From an uncultured Eubacteriales bacterium (lineage in GTDB: Bacteria; Bacillota; Clostridia; Oscillospirales; CAG-272), in contig CAJUIQ010000007.1 of assembly GCA_910586545.1 (NCBI GenBank), forward strand, positions 3,895 to 67,894: DNA of 64,000 nucleotides. Direction: 5' to 3'. Position 1 is the first letter of the stretch. Each line of letters begins with the position of its first letter. The translations under genes and the position numbers were made by a program. Positions 10,376-18,151 of the stretch are shown here, piece after piece. The notes beneath the pieces were generated by a model. That model searched no databases and was not told the DNA's origin. It saw only the letters and a list, made by a program, of their open reading frames with translations.

Positions 10376-10410
10376 AAAAAAGAGACGCTAAAAAGCGTCT
10401 CTTTTCTTTT
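10376..10410. terminator. Bidirectional terminator between infB and gpmI
   Basis: AAAAAAGAGACGCT-aaaa-AGCGTCTCTTTTCTTTTT. Confidence 0.8.
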
Positions 10411-12062
10411 TACTTCAATGTAATGATGGACGCATCCCACATATCGGGAGCCTCGTATCCCAGCATATTTACTACAGTTGCAGCAACATTGGACAGCCCC
10501 AGCGTATCTTGGTCTGCTTTGACAGTATACCGGTCCTTGTAGAAATTATCATACACAATAAAGGGAACTGGGTTCAGCGTATGACTGGTTTTGGCCTTAT
10601 AGCATCCGTTCGCATCCGCCTTGGGCGCGCCCTTTTTATCTGTTTCATACATTTCGTCCGCATTGCCGTGGTCTGCCGTGATCAGCGCTACGCCTTGCAG
10701 TTCGTCTACAACCTGCAGGAGTCGTGCCAGCTGAAGATCTAGAGCCTCCATTGTACAGATGGTAGCCTCAAGACTGCCGGTATGGCCTACCATGTCTCCG
10801 TTAGGGAAGTTTACCCGCATACAGGGGTACTTTCCACTACGCATGGCATCGATAAGCATATCGGCAATTTCAGCACACTTCATCCAGGGACGCTGTTCAA
10901 AGGGCACTACATCCGAAGGAATTTCTACGTAGGTTTCCAGTTCCTCTGAAAATTTGCCGGATTTGTTGCCGTTCCAGAAATAGGTTACGTGTCCGTATTT
11001 TTGCGTCTCGGAAATTGCATATTGTGCTACGCCGGTATCTGCCAGATATTCGCCCATAGTATTGGTGATTTCCGGAGGAGATACCAGATATCTGGAGGGA
11101 ATATGAAGGTCGCCGTCGTATTCCAGCATACCTGCATATACAACGTTGGGCACCTGTTTACGGTCAAAGGCGTTAAAGTCGCTGCCGCCTTCAAAAGCTT
11201 TGGAGATTTCAATGGAACGGTCACCCCGGAAGTTAAAGAAAATGACGCTGTCGCCGTCTTCAACAGTGCCCACGGGAACGCCGTCCTTGGCGATTACGAA
11301 AGGAGGGAGATTCTGGTCAATAACAGGACTTTCGCTGCGGTAGGTTTCAATTGCATCCACCGCGCTGGCAAACTGGCGTCCTTCGCCCAGCACGTGTGTC
11401 TTCCAGCCTTTTTCCACCATAGCCCAGTTCGCTTCATACCGGTCCATAGTAATATTCATACGTCCGCCGCCGGAAGCGATCATAATATCAAAGTCCTCGC
11501 TGCGCAGAGTATCCAAAAAGGCTTCAAAGGGGTTTACATAGTCCAGGGCGGAGGTTTCCCCTACGTCCCGTCCGTCTAGCAGAATATGGATGCGTACGCG
11601 CTTCACGCCGTCCTCTTTCGCATGGGTGATCAGTGCCTTCAGATGATCAATATGGGAGTGAACATTTCCATCGGAGAACAGACCCAAAAAGTGCAGGGTG
11701 CCGCCGCTGTTTTTTACGTTGTCTACTTCCTGCTTCCACGCGTCGGAAGCAAAGAGTTTGCCGGATTCAATGGACGCGGTTACAAGTTTTGCTCCCTGGG
11801 CAAAAACTTGACCGGATCCAAGGGCGTTGTGCCCTACTTCCGAATTTCCCATATCCTCGTCGGAGGGAAGGCCAACGGCAGTGCCATGCGCTTTCAATTG
11901 CACCATAGGGTATTCCTTCATAATTCTGTCCAGGGTGGGGGTGTATGCTCGCTGTACGGCGTTACCGTCTCCGGCGGGGGCAAGGCCTACGCCGTCCATT
12001 ACAATGGTAAGAACAGGTCCCTTGACCTGTATGGGATTTTGCAGATTTGTCAGCTTTTTCAT
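10410..12062 (-). CDS. gpmI: 2,3-bisphosphoglycerate-independent phosphoglycerate mutase (long, ~550-aa form)
   Basis: DGVG, MGNSEVGHNALG and ADHGNAD metal/phosphoserine motifs. Confidence 0.93.
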   Translation of the reverse strand: MKKLTNLQNPIQVKGPVLTIVMDGVGLAPAGDGNAVQRAYTPTLDRIMKEYPMVQLKAHGTAVGLPSDEDMGNSEVGHNALGSGQVFAQGAKLVTASIESGKLFASDAWKQEVDNVKNSGGTLHFLGLFSDGNVHSHIDHLKALITHAKEDGVKRVRIHILLDGRDVGETSALDYVNPFEAFLDTLRSEDFDIMIASGGGRMNITMDRYEANWAMVEKGWKTHVLGEGRQFASAVDAIETYRSESPVIDQNLPPFVIAKDGVPVGTVEDGDSVIFFNFRGDRSIEISKAFEGGSDFNAFDRKQVPNVVYAGMLEYDGDLHIPSRYLVSPPEITNTMGEYLADTGVAQYAISETQKYGHVTYFWNGNKSGKFSEELETYVEIPSDVVPFEQRPWMKCAEIADMLIDAMRSGKYPCMRVNFPNGDMVGHTGSLEATICTMEALDLQLARLLQVVDELQGVALITADHGNADEMYETDKKGAPKADANGCYKAKTSHTLNPVPFIVYDNFYKDRYTVKADQDTLGLSNVAATVVNMLGYEAPDMWDASIITLK

Positions 12063-12083
12063 ATGTTTCTCTCCAAATTCTAA

Positions 12084-13736
12084 TTATATATTTTCCGCGA
12101 TAAGGCGGTTGATTTTCTCACGGACTTCCAAAACAAAGGTCTGGTCGGTGGGATACTGCTTAAATGTAATTTCCCCGCAGGACTCTAAAATATCCATCAC
12201 AGCCTGCCGTCCACAAAGTTTTTCTGCGAGGGCAAAGGCGCGCATATCATAGAGGGCTGCCGTGAAGCCAAGCAAATGAATGGTTTCATATGCTGTACCG
12301 TCCGGGGCAGGATATACGGAAAAGGCGTCCCCGGCGGGTACCCAGTATCCTCCGTCTGTGCACATATAAGGATCACAGAATTCCATAGATCCTTCCGTAA
12401 AGTAGAAATTGTATCCCCATTGGAGAAATCCTGCAATGTTATATTTATAGAGCTGAGCGCCGATGATGCGATTTCGTGCGGTGGACATGGATAGGAACCG
12501 ATTGGATACTTGCTCGCATTGGCAGCAGCAGTAATACGCCCACAGATTATCCAGCCCTGCTTCCAGATATGGTTCAATGTGATCAATCGATACAACGGGC
12601 GTTTTCACCGCTCCCTTTTCGTAAAAGCTGAAATCAGAGAGAGCGTCCATAACGGTTTGTTCGGACAGCGCCTCCTTTACGCCTTCCTTTGCGGCAAGAT
12701 AACTTTCCAGTTTGTCGCCTCCAGGCTCGTCCGACAGGTGAAACACCATGCGGTTTCCTGCCCCTAGCTGGTTCATTTCTTCAATAAGCGCCGGCAGAAA
12801 TGCGTTTAAAAACTCGCGGTAGTCTTCTCCTGCTGCGTCGGTATCCCAGCCAAATATCTGCTGGTATCCCGCATCTGTGTTTGCCATGATTTTAGGGGCA
12901 TGATGGGCGCCCCACTGCGTGAACAGGTGAGAAATTTCAAAATATTGCACGCCTACTTTGTCGCACATGGCCACCCATCTTTGCAGCTTTTCAAAGCCAA
13001 AGGACCAGCCGTCCGCCGTTTTCGTTACATCTACTAACTGTACGGTGGGGCGTTCATGCCCTTTGGCGGTATCCAGAGGCGGCGTGAATACGGGGGTAAG
13101 GATCATATTGATTCCGTTGTCCACGGCAGTTTGGAGAAAGGATTCCATGATTTCCCAGTGACGGTCGGAAAAAATATCCACATGATAATATACAGCCAGA
13201 CAGTCGGGATGAAACCACTGCGTCATTTGCAGCGTTTGTTTGGGCAGCGCCGCAGGGATGATTTCCGCCGTGAAATCTGTCTGCGCGAGCAGCTCGTTTT
13301 CGTGACCCCGCAGAACGAAGTGGATGGGATATACTCCGCCCTCCATATTTTCCGGTACCCGGATATCAATCCAAAGGGCTTGCAATTCCTTTGTAATGTA
13401 GATCCAGTTTTTGTCTGTAATGGGGCGAAGTAGGTCAGGGTACAGGCCCGGCTGCGTGCGCAGATATTTTCCGTCGTCCTTCCCACAGTAAAGTGGATTG
13501 CGTACAGGGACATTGTCCACACGCTGGAAGGTGATATAGGGGGCAAGGGGGCCTTCTACGGATAGAAACCCTACTTTGCGCAAGGGATCGCCTTCGTCCA
13601 GTTGAAAGGCCAGTTGAAAGCTGAACCGCTCTCCAAGAAGCATAGAGCCCCCCGGATATTCCATTTTATCCTGGATAGACTCGTCTAAAAAGCATTTTTC
13701 CGTTTGGGGAATGGGTTTTATAAGGACATTGCTCAT
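12084..13736 (-). CDS. DUF4091-like (GH123-like) putative glycoside hydrolase, cytoplasmic
   Basis: ~550 aa with no signal peptide; overall resemblance to DUF4091 proteins is from memory. Start at MSNVLI with a GAGG SD. Lies 21 nt upstream of gpmI on the same strand. Confidence 0.5.
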   Translation of the reverse strand: MSNVLIKPIPQTEKCFLDESIQDKMEYPGGSMLLGERFSFQLAFQLDEGDPLRKVGFLSVEGPLAPYITFQRVDNVPVRNPLYCGKDDGKYLRTQPGLYPDLLRPITDKNWIYITKELQALWIDIRVPENMEGGVYPIHFVLRGHENELLAQTDFTAEIIPAALPKQTLQMTQWFHPDCLAVYYHVDIFSDRHWEIMESFLQTAVDNGINMILTPVFTPPLDTAKGHERPTVQLVDVTKTADGWSFGFEKLQRWVAMCDKVGVQYFEISHLFTQWGAHHAPKIMANTDAGYQQIFGWDTDAAGEDYREFLNAFLPALIEEMNQLGAGNRMVFHLSDEPGGDKLESYLAAKEGVKEALSEQTVMDALSDFSFYEKGAVKTPVVSIDHIEPYLEAGLDNLWAYYCCCQCEQVSNRFLSMSTARNRIIGAQLYKYNIAGFLQWGYNFYFTEGSMEFCDPYMCTDGGYWVPAGDAFSVYPAPDGTAYETIHLLGFTAALYDMRAFALAEKLCGRQAVMDILESCGEITFKQYPTDQTFVLEVREKINRLIAENI

Positions 13737-13941
13737 ACACAACCTCACAGAATAGAATCATAATTTATAGATCATATTATCATACCATATTTTGGGACAT
13801 TGTACAAGAATAATGGCCATTTTAACAGTGAAAAATCTGTAAAATTCTGTATTGACAGAAAGGAGGGATTTGTGCTATCATTTGTTTTGCGGTAGAGAAA
13901 AATGATAGATTTCCTGCCGTACTATTTTTATAAAGATAAAG

Positions 13942-14865
13942 TTGGGAAGTATGGGAGCGAACGGAGAAATTACAAAAAGGCAGAAAATTCTCGAAATGAT
14001 CGGGAAGGATCTGATCCTGGTAGGTGGGAACGCGATGTATGCGTTGGCCATTGTTTTGTTTGTTATGCCGTCAGGGCTGGTTACAGGCGGCGTTACCGGC
14101 ATTTCCATTATGATTGGCAAGGCTACCGGAATAGAGGTGTCCTATTTTGTGTTCCTTATAAATATTGCGTTGTTTATTTGGGGCTCTGCAGTGCTGGGCA
14201 AGCATTTTTGTGTAACTACAGCTGCCAGCACCGTTTTATATCCGGGATTTCTTTACATATTTCAGCGGGTATTTGCGGATGTGGTGCTAATTGAAAACGA
14301 TTTGGTTTTGTGCGCCGCCGCAGCCGGCGTAATGATAGGATTTGCTGTGGGAATGGTGGCACGGACGGATTCTTCTACAGGGGGAATGGACATTCCGCCG
14401 CTGATCATAAACAAATGGACGGGTTTCCCTGTTGGAACCATGCTTTGTATTATTGACGCAACCGTGATTTGTATTCAATTGCCGATATCCTCTGTGCGGC
14501 AGGCGCTGTATGGGGTTTTGATGGTGGTTGTCTACTCCTTTGTAATCAACCAGGTTATGATGATGGGCAACGGCAAAATGCAGATCCAGGTAATCACTTC
14601 CTGTACAAGAGAGATACGGGATGCGGTGCTTACCGAATTGCACAGGGGCGTGACGCTGCTGTCCGGCAAGCGCGGGTTATCCGGCGAGTCCTGTGACGTG
14701 GTGCTGACGGTGGTTTCCAGCCGACAGCTTGCCAGAGCTAAGAAAACGATTTTGGACGTGGATCCAGATGCGTTTATGATTATCAGTAAGGTGGGAGAGG
14801 TAAACGGAAACGGATTCTCTTTCAGTAAAGGGGATAAATGGCTTGACAAGTCTGACATCCTATAG
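13942..14865 (+). CDS. YitT family membrane protein (DUF2179 C-terminal domain)
   Basis: 5-6 TM helices with a GG.TG motif, then a soluble C-terminal domain (VTLLSGKRGLSGE...VVSSRQL). Confidence 0.8.
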   Translation: MGSMGANGEITKRQKILEMIGKDLILVGGNAMYALAIVLFVMPSGLVTGGVTGISIMIGKATGIEVSYFVFLINIALFIWGSAVLGKHFCVTTAASTVLYPGFLYIFQRVFADVVLIENDLVLCAAAAGVMIGFAVGMVARTDSSTGGMDIPPLIINKWTGFPVGTMLCIIDATVICIQLPISSVRQALYGVLMVVVYSFVINQVMMMGNGKMQIQVITSCTREIRDAVLTELHRGVTLLSGKRGLSGESCDVVLTVVSSRQLARAKKTILDVDPDAFMIISKVGEVNGNGFSFSKGDKWLDKSDIL

Positions 14866-14877
14866 TAAAATCTTTAT

Positions 14878-15242
14878 GGGAAATCGGGCTGTCGCGCGCT
14901 GTGGGGCCGAAAGGTATCAGCGTGAGGAAAGTCCGGGCTTCACAGGGCAGGATAACGGATAACGTCCGCCGAGGGCAACCTCCGGGAAAGTGCAACAGAA
15001 ATAGACCGCCGCATCTTGCGGTAAGGATGGAAAGGCGAGGTAAGAGCTCACCGGCACGACAGGCAACTGTGTGCAAATGTAAACCCTATTCGATGCAACA
15101 CCGTATGCAGACCGGATTTCTCTGGAATCCGCGCCGGCCCGGCGCCAGTGTCTGCGGGTGGCTGGAGACCTGTAGCAATGCAGGTTCGAGATAGATGACA
15201 GCCACGGCTTTAGCCGTACAGAACCCGGCTTATAGATTTCCC
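14878..15242 (+). ncRNA. rnpB: RNase P RNA, bacterial type A
   Basis: Universal GAGGAAAGTCCGGGC, plus AGTGCAACAGAAA, GGTAAGAGC and ACAGAACCCGGCTTA elements. P1 pairs GGGAAATC (5') with GATTTCCC (3'). The order of elements parallels E. coli M1 RNA. Confidence 0.92.
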
Positions 15243-15305
15243 AATATTAAAAAAGAATCTCCTCTGGCTGTCACAGAACAAGAGGTAGGGGAATTCTATA
15301 CTCAT

Positions 15306-15345
15306 GGGACGCTGGCGGAACAGGCTGGCGTCCCTTGTGCTTTTT
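15306..15345 (+). terminator. Hairpin terminator after rnpB
   Basis: GGGACGC...GCGTCCC stem followed by TTGTGCTTTTT. Confidence 0.5.
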
Positions 15346-15381
15346 ACACGGTAGTACGATTTTTATTATTAGGAGGCTGCT

Positions 15382-16446
15382 ATGCCGAGAATAGATAAAA
15401 TTGATTCGAATTTCAAACAGAATATAGACGAGAGTGGGCTGGTATATATAGACTGCTTTACCGCACCGGTGCGGATTTCCGGGCTCCCCTGGCGAGAGAA
15501 AAATCAAAACTACCATCGTATGGACGATAGCCTGAATCCTTTGTACAATGTTGGCGTGCGCGGGCTTTCTCCCTGTACCGCAGGCGTACAAGTTTCTTTC
15601 AAAACGGATTCTAAAAAAATTGGCGTCAAGGTGGATGTGGAGTGGAACAATCTGATGCCCCATATGCCCTATAACTCCAGTACAGGAGTGGATATTTATA
15701 TTGGGTCCGGACGGAACAAGAAGTTTTTTAAGACCTTTTTTGTGTATCTAAACGGAACGAATCATTATGAAGATGTGCGGGAATTTCATGAAGAGGGCAT
15801 GAAAGAGGTTACCCTGAATTTTCCTCTGTATTCCGGAGTAGAAAAAATGTTAATCGGTTTGGAAGCCGGGGCCAGCTTGGAAATGCCGGAACCTTTTGAC
15901 TATGATAAGCCGGTGCTTTTCTATGGATCTTCCATTACACAGGGTGCGTGTGCATCCCGGCCAGGAATGGCATATTTTAATATCCTAAGCAGAAAGCTGA
16001 ACTTTGAAGTGGTAAATATGGGCTTTTCCGCAAGCGGGAAGGGAGAATCGGTGATGGCAGAGCAGATTGCCAGCGTGCCCCTTTCTGCATTTATCTTTGA
16101 CTATGACCATAATGCACAGGATGCAGAGGAGCTGCGGCAAACCCATCAGAAATTTTTTCAAATCGTACGTGCGGCTCAGCCGACGCTTCCGATTATTATG
16201 CTTAGTAAAGCGGACTGTGAAGATGGAATGCAGGCTACAGAAGCACGTAAGGCTGTCATTTATAAGACCTATCAGGACGCAAAAGAAAACGGGGATGACA
16301 AAGTTTGGTTTATCGACGGTCAGACTCTGTACGGCACGGAAGACCGGGATAGCTGCACGGTAGATTCCCTTCATCCCAATGATATTGGATTTATGCGTAT
16401 GGCACAGGCAATTTTGCCGGTGCTGAAAGAAGCCCTCGGAGAATGA
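15382..16446 (+). CDS. SGNH/GDSL hydrolase with an N-terminal GxDxY beta-sandwich domain (carbohydrate esterase-like)
   Basis: TGVDIYIG (GxDxY) in the N-terminal domain. GSSITQG (block I Ser) and DSLHPND (block V) in the C-terminal domain. Confidence 0.75.
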   Translation: MPRIDKIDSNFKQNIDESGLVYIDCFTAPVRISGLPWREKNQNYHRMDDSLNPLYNVGVRGLSPCTAGVQVSFKTDSKKIGVKVDVEWNNLMPHMPYNSSTGVDIYIGSGRNKKFFKTFFVYLNGTNHYEDVREFHEEGMKEVTLNFPLYSGVEKMLIGLEAGASLEMPEPFDYDKPVLFYGSSITQGACASRPGMAYFNILSRKLNFEVVNMGFSASGKGESVMAEQIASVPLSAFIFDYDHNAQDAEELRQTHQKFFQIVRAAQPTLPIIMLSKADCEDGMQATEARKAVIYKTYQDAKENGDDKVWFIDGQTLYGTEDRDSCTVDSLHPNDIGFMRMAQAILPVLKEALGE

Positions 16447-16467
16447 GAGGGGAAGTCCGCAAAAGAT

Positions 16468-16523
16468 AAAAAGGCTCCCATACAGCGTTTCGTAAACGAA
16501 ACGCTGTATGGGAGCCTTTTTTA
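16468..16523. terminator. Long bidirectional terminator
   Basis: AAAAAGGCTCCCATACAGCGTTTCG-taaa-CGAAACGCTGTATGGGAGCCTTTTTT. Confidence 0.85.
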
Positions 16524-16534
16524 TTGCATAACAG

Positions 16535-17188
16535 TTATTTGGAAAAAAGCAGTGTTGTTAACTCCGTTACAGAACGGACGATACGTCCTGCTCCTGCCTC
16601 CTCCAGTTCCTGCTGACTGCCGTATCCATACAGCACACCGATGGACTCCATGTTATTCTTTTTTGCTCCTACAATATCATGCATCCGATCCCCGATCATA
16701 ACGGCGCCGCTGGCGTTCCGCATTCCCATGCGTTCCATGGCACAGGCAATGACTTCGTCTTTTGCCACACGCGTTCCATCCAGCTCGCTGCCGGTAATAC
16801 AGGAGAAATAAGAATCAATGTGAAAATACTCTGCAATTTGCCGGGCAAAAATTTCTGGCTTAGAAGTTGCCATAACGACCTTTACTCCCACTTTTTGCAG
16901 CCCTTCCAGCAATTCCGCCATTCCGTCATAGAGGTAATTTTCAAAAATGCCTATATCCTTGTAGTATTCTCTGTATTTGTCTACAGCATCGTATGCAGCC
17001 ATGTTGGAAAAGCCGAAATATTTACAAAAGGATTCGTGAAGGGGCGGCCCGATAAAGGTAGTCAGCTGGTCCTTGTCCTCTACGGAAATACCGTATTTTT
17101 CCAAAGCGTACGCAACGGAAGAAGTGATGCCGATTTTGGGGTCGATAATCGTGCCGTCCAAATCAAAAAAGCAGTATGAAAACATCAT
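16535..17188 (-). CDS. HAD-superfamily hydrolase (phosphoglycolate phosphatase-like)
   Basis: FDLDGT motif I and GDRMHD motif IV; ~217 aa. Confidence 0.8.
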   Translation of the reverse strand: MMFSYCFFDLDGTIIDPKIGITSSVAYALEKYGISVEDKDQLTTFIGPPLHESFCKYFGFSNMAAYDAVDKYREYYKDIGIFENYLYDGMAELLEGLQKVGVKVVMATSKPEIFARQIAEYFHIDSYFSCITGSELDGTRVAKDEVIACAMERMGMRNASGAVMIGDRMHDIVGAKKNNMESIGVLYGYGSQQELEEAGAGRIVRSVTELTTLLFSK

Positions 17189-17206
17189 GCATCCTCCCTT
17201 ATTTTG

Positions 17207-18124
17207 TCAGGGTTGTTCATCTAAGTATGCGCAGGCGGCGAGGGCGGCGATGGAACCGTCCGCCGCGGCTGTGGTGATCTGTCGGATTCGTTTTGCCCGG
17301 CAATCGCCTGCGATGAAAACTCCCGGTGTGGCGGTGCGGCAATCTTCTCCTGCTGCAAAGTATCCGCCGGCATCCAATTCCGCAATATTTGCAAAAGGTT
17401 CGTTATCCGGCGCAAGGCCAATGGCTACAAACAAGCCGTCCAGCTCTTTTGTAAATGATTCGCCGCCAGCATTGGTACAGCGAACGGCAGTCAACTCTCC
17501 TGCTTCTGTTTCAAAACCGGATACTATAGTGCTGGTGACCAGTTCCACATTTTCTTTTTTTTGCAGGATGTTTTGCAGCTTCTCCTCCCCGGTAAAGTGA
17601 TCCAAATTTTGGATTACCGTCACTTTTCGGCATCCGTCGGAAAGCAGCACCGCTTCTTGAAGCGCTGTGTTTCCGCCGCCTACTACGACTACTTCCTTTC
17701 CTTTGTAAAAGGCGCCGTCACAAACGGCGCAAAAAGAAATGCCTTTTCCAACGAGGGCGGCTTCTCCGGGAATGCCCAACATCCGGTGTCGGGCGCCGTT
17801 TGCGATAATAACGGCATGGGCGCGATAGACGCTGCCGTCGTGAGTGGTTACAATTTTTGTTCCGTCATTTTCGGCATCAATCTTCGTCACGGCGCCCAGT
17901 TCGATTTCCGCACCCTGCGCCAATACCTGCTCAATAAGCATATCGGCCAATTCGTTCCCGTTGATCGCGGCATATCCGGGATAATTTTCAATTTTGGGCG
18001 AAAAAGTAATTTGTCCGCCGAAAGTATCTTTTTCTAAAATCAGCACATGTTTTTCGGCCCGCCGGGCATACAGCGCTGCTGTAAGTCCGGCGGGTCCTGC
18101 GCCAACAATTATAATATCATACAT
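17207..18124 (-). CDS. trxB: Thioredoxin-disulfide reductase
   Basis: GAGPAG FAD motif, CAVCDG redox-active disulfide, GGGNTA NADPH motif. Confidence 0.9.
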   Translation of the reverse strand: MYDIIIVGAGPAGLTAALYARRAEKHVLILEKDTFGGQITFSPKIENYPGYAAINGNELADMLIEQVLAQGAEIELGAVTKIDAENDGTKIVTTHDGSVYRAHAVIIANGARHRMLGIPGEAALVGKGISFCAVCDGAFYKGKEVVVVGGGNTALQEAVLLSDGCRKVTVIQNLDHFTGEEKLQNILQKKENVELVTSTIVSGFETEAGELTAVRCTNAGGESFTKELDGLFVAIGLAPDNEPFANIAELDAGGYFAAGEDCRTATPGVFIAGDCRAKRIRQITTAAADGSIAALAACAYLDEQP

Positions 18125-18151
18125 AAAAGGGCGTTTCTCCTCAGTATTCTG

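Noticed and set aside
10318-10410. The nusA-infB operon ends at a terminator, without the usual rbfA-truB-ribF-rpsO-pnp continuation.
   Set aside because: This is a real observation, but operon breakage here is common in Clostridia. It is not treated as a finding.
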